Shown: piece after piece, positions 11,226 through 22,288 of the stretch
Layout: every line of letters starts with the position of its first letter
How positions within the stretch are numbered: the first letter of the stretch is position 1
Assembly: GCF_036971445.1 (NCBI RefSeq)
Contig: NC_091473.1
Span: 72,106,001-72,170,000, forward strand
DNA from: Narcine bancroftii
Taxonomy: Eukaryota
DNA: 64,000 nt
Direction: 5' to 3'
Made by a program: the position numbers and the translations under genes
The notes under the pieces: model-generated
Told to the model about the DNA's origin: nothing
Databases searched by the model: none
Seen by the model: the letters and a program-made list of their open reading frames with translations, nothing else

Positions 11226-14200
11226 CGGTATCCATACGTGCTTAAGCAGGAGCATTGGTCCTAGGGATGTGAGCCATGCTGGGAGGGACATTCCAGTCGC
11301 AGACTTCCTGGAGAATGAGAACAGACATTCATGTGGGGTAGCCGTACACAGCAGTGACCGAATGGCATGGAGCGCCTCGGGCAGGGTGTCCTGCCAGTAC
11401 TCAACAGCCCACCCTTTCAACTTAAGAGACAGGAGAACTACCTTCCAGACCACCCCATTTTCACATTCCACTTGTCCATTGCTTCTCAGATTATAACTCG
11501 TCATGCGGCTAGTCGCAATGCCCCTCGCCGTCAGGTACTGGCACAGCTCATTGCTCATGAAACTAGACCCACAGTCGCTGTGGATGAAAGCGGGGTAGCC
11601 AAACATGGTGAAGATCTGCTCCAGGGCCCTGATGATGGTGTCCGTGGAGGTGTCCGGGCAAGGGATAGCGAAAGGGAAGTGTGAGTACTCGTTCACTACC
11701 GTGAGGAAGTAGACGTTTCGGTTTGTGGAAGCCAGGGGTCCTTTGAAATCCATGCCGAGACGCTCGAAGGGCCAAGTGGCCTTTATGACATGGGCCTGGG
11801 ACGGGTGGAAGAAATGGGGTTTACATTCCACGTAGACCCGGCAGGCCTCGGTCATGTCCCTGACATCCCTGATGGTATACGGCAGGTTCCAGGACTGAAT
11901 GAAGAGGTACAACCTGGTGACACCCGGATGGCAGAGGGACTCATGCAGTGCCTGCAGCCTGTCATCATGCATAGACGCACAGGTGTGAGAGAGGGCATCA
12001 GGGGAGTCGTTAAACTTTCCGGGGCAGTACTGGATATAGTAGCTGTAGGTTGCCAGCTTGACTCTCCAGTGCAGGATCTTGTCGTTCTTGATCTTGCTCT
12101 TGTGGGTAGAGTTAAACTTGAATGCCATGACTTGCTGGTCAGTGAGGAGGGTGAATCTCCTGCCAGCCAGGTCGTGGTACCAGTGGCGGACCACTTCCAA
12201 AATCACCTGGGCCAACTTTTCAATGGCAGAATGTCCTAGCTCAGAGCTGTGGAGGGTCCTAGAGAAGAAGGCGACGGGGCGCCCCCCCCCCCTTGGTTGA
12301 GGGTAGCAGTGAGGGCTACCTCAGAGGCATTGCTCTCCACCTGGAAGTGGGAGTCCTCATCCACGGCCTGCATTGTTGTGTCCGTGATGTCCAGCCTGAT
12401 GCGGATGAAGGCTGTAGATTGGGCCAGTGGGTGGACCTTGTCCAAGAAGTGAGGGACCCACTGCGAGTAATAGAAGAATAGGCCAAGGCACCTGCGGAGG
12501 GCCTTTAGTGTGGGGGGGGGGGGGGGGGAAGAGGTAGCTTCATTAATGGCCGCATCCTTACTGGATCTGGGCTGATGACCCCATGGACCACGATTTACCC
12601 CAGGATGGCGAGGCGGGTGGTGCTAAATGTACACTTCTCCTTGTTATAACTGAGGTTCAGTTCCCCGGCTGCCTGGAGGAATTTTTCCAGCTTGGCATCG
12701 TGGTCCTGCTGGTCACAGCCACAGATAGTGATATTATCCAGATACGGGAACATCGCCTTTAGCTTGTGCCGTTCTACCATGCAATCCATCTCCCACTGGA
12801 AGACAGAGACCCCATTCATGACCCCAAAGGGAACTCAGCGGAACTGGTACAGGTGCCCATCCACCTCAAAGGTGGTGTAGGGCTTGTCCTTCAGGTGCAT
12901 GGGAATTTGGTGATATGCCAACTTCAGGTCAATTGTGGAGAAAACCCGGTAGCGGGCTATCTCGTTGACCATGTTGGCTATCATCGGCAGGGAGTAGGCG
13001 TCCAGTTGGGTGTACCGATTTATGGTCTGGCTGTAATTCACGACCATCCTCGGCTTACTTCTCCCTTTGACCACCAGGACTTGGGCTCTCCAAGGGCTGT
13101 TACTGGGCTCCATGACACCTTCCGCCAGGTGTCGCCACACCTCTGTCTTGATGAACTCTCTGCCTGCGGTGCAATAGTTGCCACCTTCTGGCATCGGTCG
13201 GCTTGCAGCCTAGTGTAAGATGTGGGAAGAGCGCCGGTGGGGTGATGTGTAGTTTGGAGAGGCCGCAGGTTGGCCGGGGCTGGTAGGTTGGTGCACTGTG
13301 TAATGTGAGTGGAGGTTGGGGTACTCTGCAGGTGGCACTGGAAATCCAGGCCCAGGAGGACTGGGGCACAGAGTATGGGCATGACCAGGAGCCTGAACCC
13401 CCTGTATATCTCCCCTCCCACAGTTATATCGGCTGAGCAGCGCCTGAGGGTACCAACAGTCTTATCCTTGGCGACGAGGGCGATCGAGAAGGTGGTAGGG
13501 TGGACTTCTAATCTCACGGAATGGGCCACGCTCGGGTGAAATAAGCTCTCTGTGCTACCACTGTCGAACCAACACTTTGTTACCTGCCTGTTGACTTGCA
13601 CGTCCATCATGGAGCGCTCAAGATCGTGAGAGATGTCCCTGGTCAGAGTGGTGGCAGCCAGAACCATCTCGGAGTCGGAGTCATTGCTCTCTGGCTGTGT
13701 GCGGCGATTTACGGTGTCCGGAGGCATGGGGAGCATCGGTAGGGTGGACTGGTCATCGCCCATGTGACCACATTGTCGTCAGTCGTGGGGTGCAGTGTGC
13801 GGCAACTGATGACATCCGGAGGTGTGGGATGCATCGGTAGGGTGGCCTGGTCATCGTCCATGTTGACCACGTCGTCCCCGTCGTTGTTGGAGGCCCTCCG
13901 TGTCGGCCACTGCCTGGCCCAAGATGGCGGTGGTACGTGGGGACCCGCTGCATGGCTGGCCTCCTTCCCCAGCCATGTTCGTAGTATGGGGCGAAGTGAC
14001 ATCATCTCAATCAGCGGAAGTGACGTCATTACGTCAGCCAGAAGTGACGTCACTTTGGTTCTCGGCGAGCGGTGCTGGCGAGGGCGTGGGCTGGTCCAGG
14101 TGCTCGGGGCACACACTGTAATCATCACTGGCAGGGCCAGATGCTGCACCTTCGGGGTCGGGTAAGGCGGAAGTCATAGCGGGGACAATGGCGCTACCCG

Positions 14201-15040
14201 ACACGCGGACATGGTGGGGTTCGTGGGGGAGGTCATAGAGGACCGCTGAGCTGCCAGCTGGTTTGGAGAGGCACACTTTAGCAAAGTGGCCTTTCTTGCC
14301 ACATCGGGAACAGTACTGATTCCTAGCCGGGCAGTTTAGGCACGATCGTCGTTCTGACCCACATCAGGATCCATAGTACTTACAGGGGCACCGGGCGCCT
14401 GCCACAGCGATGTTCTCCTCTCCAGCTCGGTCTGGGGCTGCAGCTGTAGTGAGAGGGGGCTATGAGGGAGCCTGGGGGTATCTGAAATAGAAGGCTTCAT
14501 TGTGGAGGGCTGCAGCTTCAAGGGTTCGGACCACTTCCACTGTCTTGTTCAGGGCGTAGATACTATCTTCCAGCAGCTTCTGCCAGATGGTCCTCGAGCG
14601 TAGCCTTTGGACGAAGGTGTCCCGGATCAGCCTCTCAACTTCCTCTGCGCCTACCCCAGGTTCAGCTAGACACGGTCGGGCCAACTCTCACAGGTGTCCC
14701 AGGTAAGACTCAGCCGTCTCCCGTTGCTGGAGGTACCTTCCACAGACCGCATTCATGGGGGGGCTTGTACAAGTTCTCGAGAGTGTCCATTGCGCCCTTG
14801 TATGTGGAGCAGCCTTTGGTTGTCTGAAAGGCGTGGGGACCCAGCTTTGACCGGAGTAGGACCAGCCTCTTCTGTTCAGAGTCCAGGATGCCGCCTGTGT
14901 GCGCCTCAATGATTGCTTCGACCGCTTGCCGCTAGATCTCAAAGTATGTCTGGGCTTCCGGGTGGCCTGGGTCGACTTCAAGGCTCCCTGCGCTCAGGAG
15001 TTTTTCCAAGGTAGCTGTGGGAAAAATTTGTGGATTAAAT
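11226..15040 (-). mobile_element. Ty3/Gypsy internal region (gag, protease, RT, RNase H, integrase), frameshifted and 3'-truncated
   Basis: Gag with a CSRCGKKGH knuckle (about 14290-14315), protease WFDSGS, RT PWRAQVLVV...FSTIDLKLAYHQ and PYLDNIT, RNase H LLTDQQ, integrase HHCC region, MDFKGP, IHSDCGSSF, NGQVE. Confidence 0.93.
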
Positions 15041-15378
15041 TGTGGTGCGCTGTTAGCCAGAATCAGACACACACAAGGTAAAGACTGTACATCAGGCTTT
15101 AATCCACAAAGACTTTCACAGAGCCAGGCTGGCTGTAGCTGCAGTAACTCAGAGCGAGACTTCAGGAGGCCGGCGCAGGCTTATATCTCGGAGGGTGATT
15201 GACACCTGACCGGGTGGGGCTTGATCCATTCAAGTCGACTGATTGACAGCCAGCCAGGTGTTGTCCTGTCCCCTTATAGTCCTGCATGTACAGAGGATTC
15301 CCCCTGCAGCAGGCCTGCGGAACACTCCTGCAGGTATAGAGGTTGCTCCCTGCAGTAGGCTGGTGGTGTACCACCACA
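15041..15378 (-). mobile_element. 5' LTR (338 bp) of the Gypsy at 11226-15040
   Basis: 7-bp terminal inverted repeat TGTGGTG...CACCACA. The minus strand has TATA-like GATATAAG (about 15180-15187) and ATTAAA (15098-15103). Confidence 0.85.
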
Positions 15379-15920
15379 ATGACATGCAAAACCTTGTCAA
15401 ACCTACAGATGTATTGTGGACTAGTGGAATCGAGGCCTAGTATGGGGGAACAAATACCTCTGAGTGGAAAGCCCTGTAAAAGGTAGTGAACACTGCCCAG
15501 TATATCATAGGCAAAACTCTCTCCATTATTGAGAAAATCTTCATGGAACGCTACTGTCAGAGAGCAGCAACAATCATCATCAAGGATCCACACCACCCAT
15601 GACACCCTCAATTCTCACTGCTGCCATCAGGAAATAGGTATAGGTGCCACAAGACTTGCACCACCAATTTCAGGAACAGTTGCTTGTGCACTTTATTGAT
15701 TTTCTTTTGATTTTCTTTTTGTTCTCTCAGTAATGCACAATCAGTTTGTTTACATTTGTTATCTATTTACAGTTCTTGTATTTGTTTACATATTTACACT
15801 GTGTACAGTTTATTTTTTTTGTACTACAAATTAGTGATAAATCTGCCAAGCCAGCAGGAAAAAGGAATCTCAGGATTGTATGTGATGCCATCCATGTATA
15901 CTGACAATAAATCTGAAATC
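15379..15920 (+). mobile_element. Rex1/Babar-type LINE 3' end and tail
   Basis: IIKDPHHP..QFSLLPSGNRYRCHKTCTTNFRNS coding pattern. The tail ends GACAATAAATCTGAAATCT. Confidence 0.75.
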
Positions 15921-16004
15921 TCAATTGCTCCCCCTCTATCATCATGGTAGCTGTGGGAAACAACAAACTCAAACAGAGACTCATTTAAGGTCTCTTACTT
16001 TGCA

Positions 16005-16440
16005 CATTATTTATTATTGAATATTTATTTTCTGTATTGCACAGTTTGTTGGCATTTTCTTCTTGTTTACATTTCCCTCTTTTGTATAAATCCAAATCTG
16101 AATTCAAATTAGAATCTGGTGCTGTCTGTAAGGAGTTTTTACGTTCTCCCTGTGTCTGTGTGGATTTACCCCAAGTGCTCTGTTTTCCTTCCACCCTTCA
16201 AAATGTACAAGGGGTGTAGGTTAATTTGGTGTATTTGGGTGGTATGGGCTCGAAGGACAAAAGGGCCTGTTATCATGTTGGATGTCTAAATTTACATTTA
16301 AATTTAAGTATCTTTTCTTGAGTACAGTTTTTTTTGTTGCACTATCATTAAGTACCGATTCTGCTTGATCCACAGGAAAAAAATAATCTCAGGGTTGTAT
16401 GTGATGTCATGTATTTGTTTTAACAATATATCTGAACATT
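16005..16440 (+). mobile_element. Second Rex1-type 3' tail interrupted by a partial V-SINE (about 16095-16290)
   Basis: The tail GGAAAA...ATCTCAGGGTTGTATGTGATGTCATG matches 15857-15900. The V-domain TACGTTCTCCCTGTGTCTGTGTGG lies in the middle. Confidence 0.6.
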
Positions 16441-16444
16441 GAAC

Positions 16445-17385
16445 TTTGAACTCAACAACCCACTCTGCATTTGGATCCATGACTTTCTATCCTACAGGCC
16501 CCAATCAGTCAGGATTAGTGACAAAACGTCCTATGTGGTCATCCTCAGTTTTGGGGCACCACTGTGTTCTGTACTGATCTTTCTACTCCCAGTACACCCA
16601 CGACTCTATGACCAATCACAGCTCCAAATTCATCCACAAATACAATCAATCTAAGTATGGAAGAGTGATGAAGGGATGAGTGGCTTAGTGGCAGAACAAC
16701 AATTTCTCTTTCAATGTCAGCAGGATGAAAGATGCCATAAACTTCTGAAGGATGGACAGAGCTCACTCCCTTTACAATATCAAGGAGCTGTAGTAGATAG
16801 CTCTAAGTTCTGAGCGACTTCCAAAAGACTTGTCCTGGTCCACTCTCATCAACACAACAGGTAAACAAACACACCAACATTTTTATTTTGTCAGAAGCCC
16901 AAGAAAAATTGGCACTTCACCAGCATCCCTCAGCAACTTCTGCAGGTGTACCATTGAAAGTATCCTGTCAGGGTGCATCACTCCATGATACAGAAACTGC
17001 TCTGCTCAAGACATGGCTCAGTCCATAGCTCTCNNNNNNNNNNNNNNNNNNNNNNNNNNNNNNNNNNNNNNNNNNNNNNNNNNNNNNNNNNNNNNNNNNN
17101 NNNNNNNNNNNNNNNNNNNNNNNNNNNNNNNNNNNNNNNNNNNNNNNNNNNNNNNNNNNNNNNNNNNNNNNNNNNNNNNNNNNNNNNNNNNNNNNNNNNN
17201 NNNNNNNNNNNNNNNNNNNNNNNNNNNNNNNNNNNNNNNNNNATATTAAAAGAATCATTTCACCCCGGCCACACTTTCTTCCTCTTTCTCCTGCCAGTAA
17301 GAAGAATCACAGGTATGAACTCACGCACGGCCAGATTCAAGGACAGTTTCTTTCCTGGTGTTATGCAATTGCTGAATGAAGACCA
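16445..17385 (+). mobile_element. Decayed Rex1/Babar-type LINE spanning an N run
   Basis: LCIWIHDFLSYRPQSVRI, NFCRCTIESILSGCIT and ILKESFHPGH...RTARFKDSFFP. Confidence 0.75.
17034..17242. other. Run of 209 N (gap or masked sequence)
   Basis: Seen directly. Confidence 0.99.
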
Positions 17386-18059
17386 AAATAGTAAACTTAT
17401 TTTGCTTTGAAAGCCTTTACTCTGTACCAATCTTTCCCTGCAAATCTTCACTTTGAACTTTCATTCTGTATCTTACTTGTGCTATGTATGAGATGTTTTC
17501 TGTCTGCTCGCAAGACAACCTTGATCAGTGGGCCAGAAACTGCACACTGTCCCAGACGTCACAAGTCCAACAGCACATCAGGGCAACCCCCCCCCCCCTC
17601 CCCACCAGTCGTTTCAGAAATCTGATAGCAGAGGGGAGGAAGCTGTTTTTGTCCTGTTGGGTGCCTTGTCTTCAGACTCCTCTACCTCCTTCCCGATGGT
17701 GGCAGTGAGCAAAGGGCACATTCAATACATGTGACAATAAACCTGAGCTTGAACTTGAGCTTGTCTTCCATATACCATAACATTGGACAGATTCTATTTT
17801 TGGCAATTATGCACGGGATTGGTGCCTGAATCGTCATACTGTGTGGGTGGTGGCACCAAGCAAGCAGACAACAGGAAGGTATCAGAATACCTTGATCCTG
17901 ACTGATCTATCTTTCCACTACCACCCACTGAGTGCTACTTCCCATGTCAGGTTATGTTTCATTATAGTTCTGAGAGTGTGGAAAAATTGAGTTGAATGCT
18001 GCCTGACTCAGAAGGCAGGAAGGAAAGCTAGCTGTAGGCAAATGCTGGGGACAAGTGTA

Positions 18060-18270
18060 GTGTGTAAAAGTTGTGGAGAAACTCAGCAGGACATGTAGCT
18101 TTCATAAGATGTCGATGTTTCAATCCTGAGCTCTTTGACAAGAATTTGCCTCAATTGTCTGTCTGACTTTTGACATTTCTAACAAAGACCTTAGGCCCAA
18201 AATGTCAACTGCCTTTTGCTTCATCTAGTTGCTGTGTGACCTGCTGAATTCATCCAGCACTCTGTGTAAT
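18060..18270. mobile_element. Fold-back pair of Penelope pseudo-LTR fragments (old)
   Basis: GGAGAAACTCAGCAGGACA ... TGTGACCTGCTGAATTCATCC form inverted arms. Confidence 0.55.
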
Positions 18271-19499
18271 GCGCCATCTTTAGTCAGGTTGTTCTGAATT
18301 GTACTCAATGGGCTGAATGGCCTACTGTTCCTGTATCTTATGGTCTTATAGATTTTGGTTGTTGAAGGAAAAGAAAATTGGTTGTGGAATTCCTTGCAGG
18401 TAGTCTTTGAACCAAAGTTCGTTTAATTTCTGATAAGGTAACCACTGCATTGAAAGCAAGATGCTGAACGTGATCCTCCTCTGTATTCAGACGTTGAGTG
18501 TTCAGATGGGCTGAGACCATTCCCAAACGTCAACAGCCATTGACGACATTGCCGCTTCAAACTGTTATTGTTTCACAAGTGCAGACTGCCTGCTCCAGCA
18601 ATTTCTAAACAGCGGTGACCAGAAACTGAACCACATCGATAACAAGAGAGCTAGAATTATATCATTTGTACTTTTCACACGTAAAATAACTCAACTCAAA
18701 CACTCTGTTCTTTTCTCAGAGTACATGAGAATGTATTTTCAAATGAAATGGCCCAGTTAATTTTGGCAGGGTAAACAGCAATAAAATATGCAATTAGCTC
18801 AAAGGCAACAGATTTTTTTGCCGTCCAGTCAGCTTTGCAAAAACAAATGACAGCATTCCCTTCTGGATTTGTGGTTTCATGCATTTCATTCACAGATAGC
18901 AATACCTCCTACTCGCCCTCTCACTAACAACACTCTGGTCTAATTAATCTCACCAGCAACTGGTGAGATATTGTGGTTGGCTTTCAACTGAGAGCCAGAC
19001 TGAAACTTCAGCTGCCCAAATAACAACCAAGGCCCCCCTCCTCCATGGAGTGATTTTATCTGTGTCCATTTTTCCCCGCAATAGAAATAAGCAAAGAGGT
19101 TTATCGCATAGAATGCTCTCCTCCCTTTCAATCCTTCTGCTAATTGCTTCAAATCTATGCTCTCTTGTATTTGACTCCATGGGAAAGAACTATATCCTTT
19201 AGCTGAGGCCTTGATGGTATCCACATGGATTGTTTAAAATGCACTATCTCCTTGTTACCTCTCCAAATCTCTCACATAAATTCAAAGATATTATCTTTGA
19301 TTAACTTATGTATTTCCATTCTTCATTCTTATTAAAAATCTGTGGAGATGTATCCAATACTTCTTGTTTTGCATTCCAGGTACAGCTCTCTCCAGTCTCT
19401 CCACTGTAAATGGTGGAGACCTGGTGAGTGGTGTAGAAGAGAGAGACCGAAGAGTTCAGGTGTTCAGTACCCTATAAATGGTGATTCAGGTGGACAAGA

Positions 19500-20115
19500 T
19501 GGTGAAGTACGCTTTCCTTCATTGGGCAGGGGATTGAGTACTAAAATTGGGACACCACTGGTGATACCACACTTGGTGTACTGACTACAGATCTGATCAC
19601 TCAGTTATAGGAACTATGTCACTAAGTTGGGAAGTGTGCAGAAGAGATTCACCAGGATGTTACTGGGATTTGAGAATATGAGCTATAGGGAGAGGTTAGA
19701 CGGGCAAAGTCATCGTTCCTTGGATCATAGAAGCTAAAGAGGTTTATAAAATCATTGAGGGGGTAAGGATAAAGTGAATGGTTACAGTCTTTTTCTAAGG
19801 GTAGATAATTCCTGACCTAGAGGACATATGTTTAAAGTGGAAGGAAAGAAATTTAAGAGGGACTTAAGGGGCAATTTTTTCACTCAGGTGGTTATCCCTA
19901 TGTGGACTGAACTTTCAGAGGAAATTAGAGAAGCAGGTCTGATTTCAACATGTAAAAGGCACCTGGATAGATGTACAGATAGGAACTGTTTAGAAGGAAA
20001 TGGATCAAATTTGTGCATATGGGACCAGCCCAGAAGGTCAGCTTGGTCAGCAGGGATAAGTTGGGCCAAATAAGCTGCTCTACACTCCATGGCTCTATGA
20101 CTCCATGATTCTATG
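19500..20115 (+). mobile_element. CR1-type LINE 3' fragment
   Basis: VQKRFTRMLLGFENMSYRERL and FKVEGKKFKRDLRGNFFTQ. The tail is CTCTATGACTCCATGATTCTATG. Confidence 0.8.
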
Positions 20116-20401
20116 AAGCTTCATACAATACCTCAGAATTGATCCCAATAATTAAATCTTCCACAATCTCCTTGTTCATTCCTTCCTCCAGTTTTAAACA
20201 AGAGTGTAATATTGGGAATCCTCCAATCCTCTATCATCAACTCTGTAGCTAGGAAGCATCAATAAATGATGGCCAGAGCCTCTGCAAGTTTCTCCCTTGT
20301 TTCTTTCAATAGCCTGGGAGAAATTGTAACTGGATATATTTCATAGATCTTGATTTCCTTCATCATTCCTTGTTCACTTAGCCTGTCTCATCCAATATGC
20401 C

Positions 20402-22288
20402 AAGTCAAATCAAGTCAAGTTTATTGCTATCTGATTATACAAGTACAACCTGACAAGACTGCATTCTCTGGTCCTCAGTGCAAAACATGCAGACACACAA
20501 CAAGACAATACACACATACAGACAAACACTTCATATGCAGGATAAATATTTCATCAATACAAATAAATAAATAGACATGTTTTGTACATATGAGAGTCTT
20601 GGATGGTTGGTGTAGGCAGTTCCTTTCGTTGTTCTCACTGCCTGTAGGAAGAAGCTGCTCCTCAGCCTGGTGGTGCTGGCTGTGATACTCATGAATCTCT
20701 TCCCTGACAGGAGCAGCTAAAAGATGGTGTGTGCAGGGTAGAGAGGGTGTTCAATGATTTTGCATGGCCTCTTCAGGTAACGATCCCAGTAGATCACATC
20801 AACGCGGGGTGGGGGGGGGTGGGGTTGGTGAGGGAGACTCCTGTGATTCTCTCTGCCACTCATCTGGTCCTGTGGATTGACTGCTGATCCATTTCTCTGC
20901 AGAAACCTTACCACACTGTGATGCAGCCAGCCAGGATGCTCTCAATAGTGCTCCGAAAAAGTATTTAAAAAATATTTTATTTAAAGTTTTTAAAGATACA
21001 CGCATTCAAATATATTTTAGAATACAAAAATAATATGTTAATGATCAGATACATGATGATTATACCCCAACACCCCTTCCCCTAGCCCCCTACAATTCCG
21101 AGCAAAGATGAAGAAAGTAAAGGAAGTACAAAATATTAGAATAGAAAGAAAAAAGGAAAAGAGAAAAAAAAGAGAAAAGTAAGAATAAAAAGAGAAAGAA
21201 AAAAGAAATGGACTGTTGAAAATATTAGAATCCATCTCATCTAAAATTCATATTAATTTCATCATTAATAGGGTTCCACGCAGGTCTTAGAAGTTAAGAA
21301 GAAAAATTAGAAATTGAAAAAAATTAAAAGTTAAAAATTCAATCCTCTTTTTTTGTAAATATGGGTGCCAAATTTGTAAAAAATATATCATATTTTTCCT
21401 TAAATAGTACATAATTTTCTCAAAGGGAATACAACTATACATTTCTGCATTCTATCGTTCCAAACTTAAGTATAGATCAGATTGCCAAGCAACTGCAATA
21501 CACTTTCTGGTCACTGCTAATGCAATTTTAAAAATTCTATCTGGTATTTAATTAATTTCAATTTAGGTCTTATCCCCACAATATTACCTAATAAAAACAA
21601 TTCTGGATTTAATGGAAATGGGACTCTTGCAATTTGTTCTAAAAAAAATTCCTAATTCCAGCCAAAAAGACAGGTTGAATGTAAAAAAGTTCTCACCTCT
21701 TTGCCGCATCTAAAACATTGATCTGATAAATCTGGTTTCAATTTATTTAATTTCTGTGGTGTGAGGTATAGCTGGTGAAGAAAATTGTATTGTACCAGTC
21801 TATATCTTATATTTATCGGATTAGTCATGCAGTCTCAACATAAATCAGCCCAATTCTTCTCATCTATTGTTACATTTAAAACTGTTTCCCATCTATGTCT
21901 AGATTTATGAATTCCCAGTTTAGGGGTCCCCAGTTGAAGTAAATGATAAATTGCTGAAATAAATTTCTTTGTAATTCCCTTTCTTATTAAAGGTTCTGAT
22001 CGAAGGTTGACATAAAGGTGACCAATAGCCTTGCCCACTTCAGTCTTCTCAGGAAATGCAGTCCCTGTTAGGCTTTCCTGATAAGTGAGGAGATGTTGAG
22101 TGTCCATGAGAGGTAACTAGTTATGTGAACTCCAAGAAACTTGGTGCTCTCCACTCTCTCAACTACAGAGTTATTGATATGTAGTGGAAAGTGTCGTCTT
22201 CCTGTAGTCCACGATCATCTCCTCCATCTTATCTATATTAAGACACAGGTTGTTACTCTTGCATAATATCACAAGATTTTCCACCTCT
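20402..22288 (-). mobile_element. Rex1/Babar-type LINE in two pieces (about 20402-20955 and 22001-22288) split by an L1 fragment
   Basis: Both pieces are colinear with the copy at 3201-4200. The junction GCTC...GAAGGTTGACAT is continuous at 3672-3692. Confidence 0.75.
20960..22000 (-). mobile_element. L1-clade LINE 3' fragment
   Basis: KSRHRWETVLNVTIDEKNWADLC, RYRLVQYNFLHQLYLTPQKLNK and CFRCG are homologous to the C-terminus of ORF 48810-51629. Confidence 0.85.

Noticed and set aside
11194-15202. Numerous plus-strand ORFs over the Gypsy elements (also 22300-23800 and 43800-47300)
   Set aside because: These are antisense shadows of GC-rich retrotransposon coding sequence.
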